From an uncultured Gammaproteobacteria bacterium (GTDB lineage: Bacteria; Patescibacteriota; Microgenomatia; Levybacterales; UBA12049), in NCBI GenBank assembly GCA_964490105.1, contig CAZAZU010000001.1, positions 86,706-150,705 on the forward strand: a stretch of 64,000 nucleotides of DNA. Reading direction: 5' to 3'. The notes beneath the pieces were generated by a model. It made no database searches and had not been told where the DNA came from. It was given only the letters and a program-made list of their open reading frames with translations. Below are positions 8,716-18,435 of the stretch, one piece after another. Made by a program: the position numbers and the translations under genes. How positions within the stretch are numbered: position 1 is the stretch's first letter; the number at the start of each line of letters is the position of its first letter.

Positions 8716-9312
8716 CTATTTTGGTAGAAACACATATCCGTTTTGGATTCCCTGTGGGCTTTTTATAGCGATTCCTTCAGTGACTAAACTATCCCAAATT
8801 CTCGTTGCAGGAGCAGAAGGAGATAAGCCGGAATGAAGTGGAAGGCGATATGACATTTGAGAAAGAGCATTCATCACAAAAAGTCTTCTTCTCCCAAGGC
8901 CTTGTTTTTCAAAACCACTTTTAGTGTCCGTATATCCTACGAAAGGCTTACCTTTATAAAGTGGATGATTATTCGAAGCCACGTATCCACTCCCAACAGT
9001 TTCTCCATTTTTATCAATATCTACTAGAAATATGTTTTGTGGATTTAAAGGTGCGCCGTCTAACATTTGATCTATGGCGTATCTAGCGACAAAAGTAGTG
9101 CTCCCATCATCGTGAGAAATCCTGCTTACTTCCTGAAATTTTTTATAATCAAACACGCTTTGATCATCATATTCTGCATAAGGTTTTACCTCAGCAATAA
9201 AAGCTTCAGGGAGTTCGGTTATAGGTTCAATTCTTCCAGCAGGGAAATATCTATGGAATACTTCTGCATCTGATTCTTGTGGCGCGTCTCCTGAAATAGG
9301 TACATCACTCAT
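8716..9312 (-). CDS. hypothetical protein, possible GNAT-like acetyltransferase fold
   Basis: 198 aa. FEKQGLGRRRLFVMNAL resembles the GNAT motif A (Q/R-x-x-G-x-G/A). Weak evidence. Confidence 0.3.
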   Translation of the reverse strand: MSDVPISGDAPQESDAEVFHRYFPAGRIEPITELPEAFIAEVKPYAEYDDQSVFDYKKFQEVSRISHDDGSTTFVARYAIDQMLDGAPLNPQNIFLVDIDKNGETVGSGYVASNNHPLYKGKPFVGYTDTKSGFEKQGLGRRRLFVMNALSQMSYRLPLHSGLSPSAPATRIWDSLVTEGIAIKSPQGIQNGYVFLPK

Positions 9313-9339
9313 AAAATCATTTTACCATTCTTTAAATTC

Positions 9340-9367
9340 TTGACACCGAAGCAAAAGAAAGTATAAT
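9340..9367 (+). promoter_or_regulatory. sigma70 consensus promoter TTGACA-N16-TATAAT, 8 nt upstream of the ATG at 9376
   Basis: -35 at 9340-9345, -10 at 9362-9367. Confidence 0.55.
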
Positions 9368-9375
9368 CACTCCTT

Positions 9376-9771
9376 ATGGCAAATGAGAGAGATCCATTGT
9401 CAGGATCAGATTTTGAAATTGCAGATTATCATGCTAGAGCTATGGAATACGCAGATAAAGCAGACGGTAGATTACCTCTTGAGCCTGGAGATTCTATAGA
9501 TGCACGCAAATTAATGAATGCGGCGTTTTGTTTTGAGCAGGCAGTATTTTGGCTTATTCCTGACTTAAGAACAATTCCGAGAAGTCAGGCAGCAGTAAAT
9601 GCAGTGAGTCTGGCATTTAGAGGCAGAGATTATGTAGGAGCGATAAGTTTTGGACAAGAGGCCATGGATGACATGGGAATACACATGTCTGAGGTTTCAA
9701 GAACTAGAATTGAACGAATGATTGAAGAATCAATTGATAAAATTATTGCGCCTTCTATCCGCAAGCCATAA
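9376..9771 (+). CDS. hypothetical protein (island A)
   Basis: 131-aa ORF, no motif recognised. Confidence 0.35.
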   Translation: MANERDPLSGSDFEIADYHARAMEYADKADGRLPLEPGDSIDARKLMNAAFCFEQAVFWLIPDLRTIPRSQAAVNAVSLAFRGRDYVGAISFGQEAMDDMGIHMSEVSRTRIERMIEESIDKIIAPSIRKP

Positions 9772-9789
9772 CACAAAAATAAGGGAGCT

Positions 9790-10182
9790 TTAGCTAGAGC
9801 TTTGATCGGGGTTTTTAGAAAGTATTTCTCTTATTTTCTCAATTAATAACTCAGGTTCTGTAGCCTGTTTTAAAAGAAAGAAAGAAGCGCTATTCTTATA
9901 CACCATATCAGTTAATTCATTTGTAGGATCAAGATTTGTTAGTATTATAACCGGCACATTTGCACCCCATTGGTCTTTGCGAAGAGCTTCAAGTACGTTA
10001 ACTCCATTCATCTTTGGCATTCTAACGTCCAGAATTATGACAGATGGATGATTTTCCAAAGCCATTCTTAGTCCCAATTCTCCATCCTTAGCCCAAGCAG
10101 CACCATATCCCTCCGCAAGAATTCTAGTTAAATAAATATCCGCTTGAACTTTATCATCTTCAATTAATAATATTTTAGCCAT
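9790..10182 (-). CDS. stand-alone response-regulator receiver (CheY-like) domain protein
   Basis: REC hallmarks KILLIEDD, ILDVRMPKMNG, ILTN and a conserved Lys region. I place the start at the internal ATG (MAKILLIEDD, 10182). The ORF-track TTG at 10218 is actually the -35 TTGACA of the promoter TTGACA-N17-TATATT (10190-10218, minus), which leaves a 7-nt leader. Confidence 0.6.
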   Translation of the reverse strand: MAKILLIEDDKVQADIYLTRILAEGYGAAWAKDGELGLRMALENHPSVIILDVRMPKMNGVNVLEALRKDQWGANVPVIILTNLDPTNELTDMVYKNSASFFLLKQATEPELLIEKIREILSKNPDQSSS

Positions 10183-10284
10183 TACAGCAAATATATGCTT
10201 AGCGTTGGCATTTGTCAATCAGGGGAGATATACATAAGCAAGGGATTCATGCTATGCTGAATGTAGAGGAGGTAAATAATAAAA

Positions 10285-10491
10285 ATGGCAAATAAAAAGA
10301 AAAACGGCGTAAATCCATTATTAGCAGCAGTGACTGGAATAGTAGTGGGAGCAAGTGCAGCAGTTGTCGGAGTTGTAACTCTTAAAGATAATAAAAATCT
10401 TAAAAATGTGACTGGTGTTGTGAATAATTTAGTAAGTAAAAGCGGAGAACTTACTGGCCTTATCAAAAAAGACGTTAAAAAGAAAAAATAA
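10285..10491 (+). CDS. small Lys-rich membrane protein
   Basis: 68 aa. SD AGGAGG upstream. Hydrophobic core LLAAVTGIVVGASAAVVGVV. Followed by a terminator. Confidence 0.45.
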   Translation: MANKKKNGVNPLLAAVTGIVVGASAAVVGVVTLKDNKNLKNVTGVVNNLVSKSGELTGLIKKDVKKKK

Positions 10492-10511
10492 CTGAGATAA
10501 AAAGTATTTTT

Positions 10512-10539
10512 AAGAACCGCTTAATAGCGGTTCTTTTTT
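10512..10539. terminator. rho-independent terminator hairpin (AAGAACCGC-TTAATA-GCGGTTCTT) plus T-tract
   Basis: Perfect 9-bp stem, 6-nt loop, then TTTTTT. Lies between the convergent genes 10285-10491 and 10538-12208. Confidence 0.65.
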
Positions 10540-12208
10540 ATATATTGGGGTCTTCGGAGAATTCATCTAGAATTACTTCGTGCTGTTCATGATTCACATC
10601 TCGTCTTAAAGCATCACCTGCAGGTGTCTGAGGAATAGGAGTTAGTGTTGGTAGCGGAGGAGGAAGTGTTTGATTTATATCTCCAACTTTTATAATTTTT
10701 GCTACTGAAGGGACGTCATTATTATTAAGAATAAAAAGCATGTAGTGTCCTGGAGGTGTAGCTCCAGCATTATTCGTAGCTGTTACTTCAATTTCTCCTG
10801 ATCTTTTAACAAAACTTAGGGCATTAATTCGTTGAGACTGATTAAATGAGTGGGTTACAGATCCTAATCTGATCCATCTTACTGTTTTTATGTCAGAAGC
10901 GTCCGGTGTTACAACCTTAAATTTTTGGCCATAATTGACCTGGTTAGGAGCAGAAGCGATAGTAGGGCGAGGTCCTTTAAATAAATATGCCGGAGAATAG
11001 ATCTCCATGCTTGTTCCGCCAACTCTTTCTCCTCCTCCTGAGAAAACTCTCCCGTCAGGAAGAAGAAGAGCTGTTGAATGATAACCTCTATAGACTGTTT
11101 GGGGGGCTACTTTTCTCCAGTTTCCCGTGGTGGAGTTCCAGATCTCAGGAGTTAATACAGCATTCTCGGGTTCATCTTTTACGCCTGAGGTTCCTCCCGT
11201 TACGAGAACTTCGCCTGTCGGGAGAAGAGTTGTATTAGCATGTCTTCTTTTTATAGACATAGAGCCTGTATACATCCATTTTGGTGTCGTAGCTCCTAAG
11301 CTAATTATTTCTGCTGAATTAGTTCCTCCGCCTACTATTAGAATTTTATTATTTGCAAACATTACCGAACTTCCTGCACCCCTTGATACACCATGCCGAG
11401 TTTTAATAATAGGTCCCCATTTACCTGTACCATTTGTATCTAGGATTCTGGTATTTGCTGTATTTCCTGCCATAAATACTTTTCCGCTAGATAATTGATA
11501 CATAAATGGATAAAGTGGCTGTAGTAATTTCGCAGTGCTCAAGGTTCGCCATTTGTTTGTTCTAATATTGTAAACTTGAGGAATTCGGTTATAAACATCT
11601 TTCTCAATTGTTCCTGATGTGGTTAGTAAATCTCCGTTAGTTAAGGTAGTAACAGTTGGATACCACCTTTTGTCGTTCATATTTGCGACTCTTGTCCAGG
11701 AATTAGTAGCAGGATCATAAAAAGAGGCATGCTGAAGCCCAATAGGAGTAACTACATGACCGCCCGGGACAAATAATTTTCCATCTGCAGTTAGAGAATG
11801 ACCTGCACAGAAAATATTATATCCGGCTTTTGGCGCAGCTTCTGTAGCGCCAGTTTCGGGATCCCAAAAATATGCATTATCACCCTCACTTGAAGGCCAA
11901 GTCATTACTTTTCCATTTGGAAGTAGAGAGGTGTGGGTAGCTTTTACTGGAAGCTCTGTTACCTCTGACCACTGACCTACAATAGCAGGGTCTCCTGATT
12001 GAGCAAAAGTATTAGTATTTGTTCCTTTAGTCGTATCTATAATTTTTGGACCCAAGACAGCAGCTATTACTAGAGCAGGTAGTAGTAATATAAATGTACC
12101 CCCAGCTAGTGTCTTTAATTTATGTTGGGACAATTTTTTTAAGAGGTTTGATTTATTAGTTTTTGGAATAATAGAATTAGACTGCGGATTATCTAGAGAA
12201 TCGCTCAT
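10538..12208 (-). CDS. secreted Kelch-repeat beta-propeller protein, galactose-oxidase/glyoxal-oxidase-like with C-terminal E-set (DUF1929-like) domain
   Basis: 556 aa. N-terminal TM/signal. Repeated Kelch-like blades (GG..., W..V..M). C-terminal Ig-like beta domain. Family inferred from repeat architecture. Confidence 0.5.
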   Translation of the reverse strand: MSDSLDNPQSNSIIPKTNKSNLLKKLSQHKLKTLAGGTFILLLPALVIAAVLGPKIIDTTKGTNTNTFAQSGDPAIVGQWSEVTELPVKATHTSLLPNGKVMTWPSSEGDNAYFWDPETGATEAAPKAGYNIFCAGHSLTADGKLFVPGGHVVTPIGLQHASFYDPATNSWTRVANMNDKRWYPTVTTLTNGDLLTTSGTIEKDVYNRIPQVYNIRTNKWRTLSTAKLLQPLYPFMYQLSSGKVFMAGNTANTRILDTNGTGKWGPIIKTRHGVSRGAGSSVMFANNKILIVGGGTNSAEIISLGATTPKWMYTGSMSIKRRHANTTLLPTGEVLVTGGTSGVKDEPENAVLTPEIWNSTTGNWRKVAPQTVYRGYHSTALLLPDGRVFSGGGERVGGTSMEIYSPAYLFKGPRPTIASAPNQVNYGQKFKVVTPDASDIKTVRWIRLGSVTHSFNQSQRINALSFVKRSGEIEVTATNNAGATPPGHYMLFILNNNDVPSVAKIIKVGDINQTLPPPLPTLTPIPQTPAGDALRRDVNHEQHEVILDEFSEDPNI

Positions 12209-12277
12209 TAGATATATTTTAAGATTGATTTAAGCAATGTGTCAATAAGAAGTCTACTTCTGTTATAATTAGCCTCA

Positions 12278-13375
12278 ATGAATTTATCTATTGGAATTGT
12301 GGGCTTTCCAAATGTAGGGAAATCCACGCTTTTTAATGCTTTACTAAAACGCCAACAGGCGCTTGTTGCTAATTATCCGTTTGCGACAATTGAACCAAAT
12401 GTCGGAGTTGTTCCAGTTCCTGATTCCCGTTTGGAAAAAATTGCCGAGATAACTCGCGATGAGGAAAAAATGGGGAGTTTGCCTCCGATTAAGCCTGCAA
12501 CTGTTAATTTCGTTGACATCGCGGGCTTAGTGAAAGGAGCTTCGGAGGGAGCAGGTTTGGGCAATAAGTTTCTTTCTCATATTCGTGAAGTCTCTGTTAT
12601 CGCTCATGTAGTCAGAGCTTTTGAAGACTCGGATATTGTAAGAGAAGGTTCGGTGGGAGTTAAAGAAGATTACGAGACAATTAATACAGAGCTTATGCTT
12701 GCAGATATGCAATCAGCTGCGAATCAGGACGGGAGACTTAAAAGTAATGATCCGAAGAAAAACTTATTTGCAAAAATAATTGCAGGCTTGGACAGGGGAA
12801 CACCGGTTAGGGATATTGATTTTACAAAAGAAGAACAAGAAGAGGTAAATAACATGTCATTTCTAACTAATAAACCTGAAATAGTGGTTTTAAATGTTTC
12901 AGAAGCTGATTACGCTTCGGAAAAAATTGACGGAATCTCTAAGGATTATTCAGAAAAATTAAATATAGGAATTGAAAAAGTAGTAGTAATTTCTGCAAAA
13001 ATCGAAGCAGAACTTGCAAGTTTATCTAACGAAGAGCAAGTAGAATATTTAAAAGATTTAGGGCTTGAATTTTCAGGACTTCAAAGATTGATTCAAAAAG
13101 CTTATCAAGAACTTGGTTTAATTTCATTCTTAACAGCAGGGGAGAAAGAGGTAAGAGCCTGGACAATCCGCAAAGGGTTGAATGCTCAGTTAGCGGCAGG
13201 AGAAATTCACACAGACTTTATAAAAAGATTTATAAAAGCAGAAGTCGTAGGGTTTGACGCGTTTGTCGAGTTCTCAGGATGGAAGGGAGCACGCGAAAAT
13301 GGAAAAGCGCAATTAGAAGGACGGGATTACATAATGCGTGACGGTGACGTAGTTGAATTTAAAATCGGAACCTAG
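12278..13375 (+). CDS. ychF: ribosome-binding ATPase YchF (Obg-like GTPase family) with C-terminal TGS domain
   Basis: 365 aa. P-loop [17 protein letters not shown]. Motif [11 protein letters not shown]-terminal TGS ([10 protein letters not shown]). Confidence 0.85.
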   Translation: MNLSIGIVGFPNVGKSTLFNALLKRQQALVANYPFATIEPNVGVVPVPDSRLEKIAEITRDEEKMGSLPPIKPATVNFVDIAGLVKGASEGAGLGNKFLSHIREVSVIAHVVRAFEDSDIVREGSVGVKEDYETINTELMLADMQSAANQDGRLKSNDPKKNLFAKIIAGLDRGTPVRDIDFTKEEQEEVNNMSFLTNKPEIVVLNVSEADYASEKIDGISKDYSEKLNIGIEKVVVISAKIEAELASLSNEEQVEYLKDLGLEFSGLQRLIQKAYQELGLISFLTAGEKEVRAWTIRKGLNAQLAAGEIHTDFIKRFIKAEVVGFDAFVEFSGWKGARENGKAQLEGRDYIMRDGDVVEFKIGT

Positions 13376-13962
13376 CTTTTTGATCTCATTTTTCTAATAA
13401 TGTGATGCGCTAGATTATTAACCAGGGGAGTAAGTATTACTAAATAAGCCCATTTTTCCCAAAGAATTTCTAAAGGGTTTGTCTTGTATTTAAATTTTTG
13501 ATAAGTTTGGGGACTTAGTTTTTTCAATTCGTCGTTAACTTTAAAAAAGTCTAAATTTAGCCCTTCTTTTTTAAAAACCATTTTTGCGCGACCGGCAAAT
13601 TCATTAGTGGTCAAACCTATTAATTGATTGAGTCCTAAATTTTTAATTATTTTTTTTACTTCTATTGCATTTTCTATGGTGTCAAATGAATTTTCTTCCA
13701 GGATAATTTTATTTTCAGGAATTTCCGGAAACTTTTTTAATATAAATTCTTTCATAGCCGCCGCTTCGGAAGGAAATTCAACACCTGCAGTTTTGCCGCC
13801 AGAAAAAATAATTTTATTAAAATTACCAGTTTTAAATAAAAAACCTGCTGCAAAAACGCTTAACTCAGACCTGTCAGAAAGAAAGTGGGGAGTTTTTCTT
13901 ATTTTTTCTCTAGTCCAGCCGACTCCGATGTTTTTCCCTAAGACTATTAATGCATCAAACAT
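13372..13962 (-). CDS. DUF218/YdcF(SanA/ElyC)-like protein
   Basis: 196 aa. Pattern LIVLGKNIG...IIFSGGKTAG is typical of the DUF218 fold. Overlaps the ychF stop by 4 nt. Confidence 0.4.
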   Translation of the reverse strand: MFDALIVLGKNIGVGWTREKIRKTPHFLSDRSELSVFAAGFLFKTGNFNKIIFSGGKTAGVEFPSEAAAMKEFILKKFPEIPENKIILEENSFDTIENAIEVKKIIKNLGLNQLIGLTTNEFAGRAKMVFKKEGLNLDFFKVNDELKKLSPQTYQKFKYKTNPLEILWEKWAYLVILTPLVNNLAHHIIRKMRSKS

Positions 13963-14029
13963 AAAAATATCTTAGCACAATATCTCATTGTTTTTAGCCT
14001 TAATTTATGTTAATATTAACTCTACGAAA

Positions 14030-14302
14030 ATGATTTACCAATTAACTTTAGTCATTAAAACAACTCTAAAAGATGCGGATCAGAAAAAACTACTGGAAAG
14101 CATTAAGTCTGGGTTTGGAAAAGCAAAAATAGAAGAAAAGTCATGGGGCCAAAAAGCTCTTTCATATCCTATTAAAAAAGAAGTATCAGGAGCATTTTTC
14201 AATTGGAATATTGATACCGATGAGGTAATCGAAAAAGACTTTGAAACAAAACTTATAAATAACGATAAGGTTTTAAGACATCTTTTACTTAGGCTTAAAT
14301 AA
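14030..14302 (+). CDS. rpsF: 30S ribosomal protein S6
   Basis: Start moved to the internal ATG (MIYQLTLVIKTT...). The WGQKALSYPIKK motif fits S6. Classic rpsF-ssb-rpsR order. Confidence 0.7.
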   Translation: MIYQLTLVIKTTLKDADQKKLLESIKSGFGKAKIEEKSWGQKALSYPIKKEVSGAFFNWNIDTDEVIEKDFETKLINNDKVLRHLLLRLK

Positions 14303-14303
14303 T

Positions 14304-14816
14304 ATGGCACGATCACTTAATAGAGTTCAGCTTATCGGAAATCTTACCCGCGATCCAGAACTTAGGTACACTCCACAGGGAACAGCAGTTTGTTCATTTG
14401 GACTGGCAACTAACAGAAGCTGGACAACAGATACGGGAGAGAAAAAAGACGAAGCAGAATTTCATAGAATTGTTGCTTGGAATAAATTAGCAGAACTTTG
14501 CAGTCAGTTTTTAACAAAAGGGAAGAAAGTTTTCGTAGAGGGAAGACTTTCTACACGAACTTGGAGCGCTCAGGATGGTACTCAGAAGTCTACAACTGAA
14601 ATAATTATTTCTGACATGATACTTCTTGATTCAATGGGCACAAAACCAGCTGCAGTAGCTGATAAAGAAGAGGCGGAAGTAGAAGAGGCACCAAAAGAAG
14701 TTAAGAAAAAAGCTAAAAAAGAAGATAAAGAAGAAAAGGAGGAAACGGAGGAAACTCCATCTGAACCAGCTAGTTCAACTAGTGAAGAGGTTGCCCCAGA
14801 TGATATACCTTTTTAA
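14304..14816 (+). CDS. ssb: single-stranded DNA-binding protein
   Basis: 170 aa. OB-fold N-terminus (VQLIGNLTRDPELRYTPQG...RIVAWNKLAE). Acidic tail ending DDIPF. Confidence 0.85.
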   Translation: MARSLNRVQLIGNLTRDPELRYTPQGTAVCSFGLATNRSWTTDTGEKKDEAEFHRIVAWNKLAELCSQFLTKGKKVFVEGRLSTRTWSAQDGTQKSTTEIIISDMILLDSMGTKPAAVADKEEAEVEEAPKEVKKKAKKEDKEEKEETEETPSEPASSTSEEVAPDDIPF

Positions 14817-14823
14817 TTAATAT

Positions 14824-15069
14824 ATGGGAAAAGACAGAAGACCAAGAAAAAGAATATTAAAAGGAGTGCCAAAGAAATGTTTTTTCTGTGAGGAAAGAAA
14901 AACACCTTCTTTTGAAGATGTTTCGACGCTTCAGAGATTTTTGACAGAGAGAGGAAAAATAATTCCTAGAAGTAGAAACGGACTCTGTGCAAAACATCAA
15001 AAAGAGATGACGAAAAACATTAAGTACGCACGACACCTAGCCCTAGTGCCATTTGTTGCAAGAGGATAG
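14824..15069 (+). CDS. rpsR: 30S ribosomal protein S18
   Basis: 81 aa. CFFCEE...LQRFLTERGKIIPRSRNGLCAKHQ...LALVPF is a textbook bS18 sequence. Confidence 0.85.
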   Translation: MGKDRRPRKRILKGVPKKCFFCEERKTPSFEDVSTLQRFLTERGKIIPRSRNGLCAKHQKEMTKNIKYARHLALVPFVARG

Positions 15070-15090
15070 GTTTTAAGCTATTCTATCTAG

Positions 15091-16347
15091 ATGCATAAGA
15101 CCCCAAGAATCCAATTAGTTCTTGTGATTTTAATCTCACTCTTAGTGGGCTATTACTTTGGGGTAAATAAGATTAACTTTGACTGGAAAGGATTTAAGCC
15201 TCAAATAAGTGTTGCAAGCAAAGAGCCTCCACCCCAGGTAACTAATGTAGATTTCGAGCAATTTTGGACAGTTTGGCAAAAGCTTGAAAAAGATTACTAC
15301 GATAAAACAAAATTAGATCCTCAAAAAATGCTGAACGGAGCTATTTCCGGGATGGTTCAGTCGCTTGATGATCCTTTCACTGTTTATCTTCCACCAGTTC
15401 AAAACGATAACTTTAAGCAGGGGATGGCTGGTCAATTCCAGGGAATTGGAGCAGAGTTAGGAATGAAAGACCAAAAAATAATTGTAATATCTCCTCTTAA
15501 TGGCAGTCCTGCGCAAAAGGCTGGAGTTAGAGCAGGGGATTTTATAGTCGCAGTTAATAAGCAGTCCACAGCTGCTATGACACTTTCTCAGGCTGTTGAA
15601 AAGATAAGAGGAGAAAAGGGAACTACAGTTGAGTTAACTCTTCTGCATAAAGATGAAGAAAAGACGCGAGACGTAAAAATAATTAGAGACGTTATTACGG
15701 TAAAAAGTGTTCAGACCTGGATTAAGAAAGGAAAAGATATTGACTCAATTGAGCTAGATAAGAAATATGACGACTTAAACATAGCATACGTTAGCCTTTC
15801 GCAATTTGGCGATAACACTAATTCAGAGTGGCTGGCCGCAATTAACGACATGAATCTTAAGCTTGGTAAAACTAAGGTAGAAGGTATAATTTTAGATCTT
15901 AGAAATAATCCCGGAGGATATTTAACTGATGCAGTATTTATCTCCTCAGAGTTTGTAGAAGAGGGATCGGATGTAGTGAGTGAAGAAGACGCATCTGGAA
16001 AGTCAACTCTTAAGGCTAACAGAAGAGGATTCTTAACAGAAATACCCGTAGTTGTTCTTATTAATAAAGGATCTGCTTCAGCATCTGAGATAGTTGCTGG
16101 TGCACTTAGAGATAACCAAAGAGCAAAATTAGTTGGAGAGACATCATTTGGAAAAGGAACGATTCAACAAGCAGAGGACTTGGGTGGGGGCGCAGGAATT
16201 CATGTAACGATAGCAAAATGGCTAACTCCAAATGGAACATGGGTAAATGGAGAGGGATTAAAGCCTGACATAGAAGTTAAGCTTGATCCAAAGAGTCCCG
16301 AAAGAGACACCCAGCTTGAAAAAGCAGTACTTGAATTGTTAAAATAA
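15091..16347 (+). CDS. C-terminal processing (tail-specific) peptidase, S41 family, with PDZ domain
   Basis: 418 aa. N-terminal TM. PDZ segment (GDFIVAVNKQST). S41 motifs (VVLINKGSASASEIVAGAL...GKGT). Confidence 0.75.
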   Translation: MHKTPRIQLVLVILISLLVGYYFGVNKINFDWKGFKPQISVASKEPPPQVTNVDFEQFWTVWQKLEKDYYDKTKLDPQKMLNGAISGMVQSLDDPFTVYLPPVQNDNFKQGMAGQFQGIGAELGMKDQKIIVISPLNGSPAQKAGVRAGDFIVAVNKQSTAAMTLSQAVEKIRGEKGTTVELTLLHKDEEKTRDVKIIRDVITVKSVQTWIKKGKDIDSIELDKKYDDLNIAYVSLSQFGDNTNSEWLAAINDMNLKLGKTKVEGIILDLRNNPGGYLTDAVFISSEFVEEGSDVVSEEDASGKSTLKANRRGFLTEIPVVVLINKGSASASEIVAGALRDNQRAKLVGETSFGKGTIQQAEDLGGGAGIHVTIAKWLTPNGTWVNGEGLKPDIEVKLDPKSPERDTQLEKAVLELLK

Positions 16348-16354
16348 TCTTCCT

Positions 16355-17494
16355 ATGAGAAGACTCATGCTCCTATTTGTAGTTCTAGCTATTCTTATTC
16401 TAAGCTTTTCGGATCTCGGTGATAAGCTGACATCAAATTTAAATCCCAAGATTGAAGAGAAAAAAGTAGAAAACAGCAGACTAAGAATCCAAAGCGAAGA
16501 ATCGGTAGTTATTGATACAGTTAATAAGGTAGGGCCTTCTGTTGTAACAATTTCCCGCGATCTTCCTCCGCAAGCAAATGCTTATGATCTAGCACCATTT
16601 TCGGTGTTTGGTTTTGATATTCCGGAGGAAACAACAGACCCTCAGCCCCAAAGTATAGGGTCAGGATTTATAGTAAGCGCAGATGGTTTAATTGTTACCA
16701 ATAAACACGTTGTGAGTGATTTAACGGCTAAGTATGAAGTCGTAACAAATAATAACAAGAGATATGAAGTTACCCAAATCTATAGAGACCCTATTAATGA
16801 TATATCAATTTTAAAAATAGATCCTAAGAAAAATCCTGGGCAGGAATTAAAACCTGTTGTTTTAGGAAGTTCTTCAAATCTTCAAGTTGGACAGTTTGTA
16901 ATTGCAATTGGGACCGCGCTAGGTGAATTTCCGAATACTGTTACAACGGGTGTGATTTCCGGATTAGGGCGCGGGATTACGGCGGGTGATTATTTCGATG
17001 CAGAAGAATTAGATAATGTAATCCAAACAGACGCCGCGATTAATCCAGGGAATTCTGGAGGTCCGCTTCTTAATTCATCCTCCGAAGTCATCGGAGTTAA
17101 TACTGCGGTTGCAGCAGGTGGACAGAATATAGGATTTGCATTACCAATAGATACTATTAAAGCCTCAATTGAGAATTTTAATAAAACAGGACAGTTTAAT
17201 AGAGCCTTTTTAGGAGTTTCGTATAGAGTTATCGATGAAGATATAGCAAAGGAAAATGAAATTGTAGAGGGCGCATATATTCAAAGCGTCATATCCGGCT
17301 CACCGGCAGAAAAAGCAGGCCTTACTAGAGGAGACATCGTCACGAAAGTTGATGGCAAAGCTTTATCAGAGAAATTCCAAATCTCAAATGCAGTATCAGG
17401 GAAAAAGGTGGGGGATACAATAGTTCTTGAAGTTTGGAAAGATGGACAAACTAGATCTGTTAGCGCTAAACTGGAATTAGCTCCTTCCCAATAA
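16355..17494 (+). CDS. HtrA/DegP-family trypsin-like serine protease with PDZ domain
   Basis: 379 aa. Catalytic His (VTNKHVV), Asp (DISILKI) and Ser (TDAAINPGNSGGPLLN). C-terminal PDZ. Confidence 0.75.
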   Translation: MRRLMLLFVVLAILILSFSDLGDKLTSNLNPKIEEKKVENSRLRIQSEESVVIDTVNKVGPSVVTISRDLPPQANAYDLAPFSVFGFDIPEETTDPQPQSIGSGFIVSADGLIVTNKHVVSDLTAKYEVVTNNNKRYEVTQIYRDPINDISILKIDPKKNPGQELKPVVLGSSSNLQVGQFVIAIGTALGEFPNTVTTGVISGLGRGITAGDYFDAEELDNVIQTDAAINPGNSGGPLLNSSSEVIGVNTAVAAGGQNIGFALPIDTIKASIENFNKTGQFNRAFLGVSYRVIDEDIAKENEIVEGAYIQSVISGSPAEKAGLTRGDIVTKVDGKALSEKFQISNAVSGKKVGDTIVLEVWKDGQTRSVSAKLELAPSQ

Positions 17495-18426
17495 TGATTC
17501 AAACAAATGTTCTTCTAAAAAAACACAGCAATTTTAAAATTGGCGGACCAGCCTCTTTTTTTTATGAATTTAAATCTGAAGAAAGTCTAAAAGAAGCTCT
17601 AACTGAATGGCAGAATTTAAAAAAAGATTTACCAATTTTTATTTTAGGAAAAGGCACTAACATTTTATTTAATGATGATGGATATGATGGGTTAGTTCTT
17701 AAAGATTCAATCAATTTCATAAAAAGAGAAGGAAATATTCTTGAAGTGGGATCAGGAACTTTAGTATCCGAGCTTGTAGGATATTGCTTGCAAAATTCTC
17801 TTTCTGGATTTGAATGGGCAGGAGGACTTCCCGGGACTGTAGGAGGCGGAGTGAGAGGAAATGCCGGTGCTTTCTTAGGAGAAATGAAAGACAGTTTAGT
17901 TGAGGTAACTAGTATAGACGTCAAAACATTGAAGATAAAAATTAGAAATAATACGGATTGTAAATTTAGCTATAGACAAAGTGTTTTTAAAAAAGGGAAT
18001 GGAGAAAACGAAATAATCCTATCAGTAAAGTTTAAGCTTGAAAAAGGAAATAGGGAAGAGATTAAGAAAAAAACTCAGGAAAAAATCGACTATAGAATTG
18101 ACAGGCATCCGCTAGACCTGCCAAACATCGGAAGTACTTTTAAGAATGTTGATGTAAAATCTATTTCAAGAAAAGTTCTAAAGGAATTTGAGGCAAGTAT
18201 AAAACCAGATCCGTTTCCTGTTCTTCCTGTCGCAAAGTTATTAGTGGGCGCGGATTTTAAGGGTAGGGAAATAGGAGGCGCCAAATTTTCAGAAAGACAC
18301 CCGAATTTTATAGTTAATTTTAATAACGCAAAAGCGCGTGATGTCAGGGCGTTAATTGATTTAGCAAAAAAAGAGATTAAAGAAAAATATGACATTTCGC
18401 TTGAAGAAGAAATAATGATCGTATAG
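17494..18426 (+). CDS. murB: UDP-N-acetylenolpyruvoylglucosamine reductase
   Basis: 310 aa. FAD-binding N-terminal domain (KIGGPASFF...ILGKGTNILF). MurB C-terminal domain. TAATG overlap with the preceding gene. Confidence 0.65.
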   Translation: MIQTNVLLKKHSNFKIGGPASFFYEFKSEESLKEALTEWQNLKKDLPIFILGKGTNILFNDDGYDGLVLKDSINFIKREGNILEVGSGTLVSELVGYCLQNSLSGFEWAGGLPGTVGGGVRGNAGAFLGEMKDSLVEVTSIDVKTLKIKIRNNTDCKFSYRQSVFKKGNGENEIILSVKFKLEKGNREEIKKKTQEKIDYRIDRHPLDLPNIGSTFKNVDVKSISRKVLKEFEASIKPDPFPVLPVAKLLVGADFKGREIGGAKFSERHPNFIVNFNNAKARDVRALIDLAKKEIKEKYDISLEEEIMIV

Positions 18427-18435
18427 ACTAGATGT

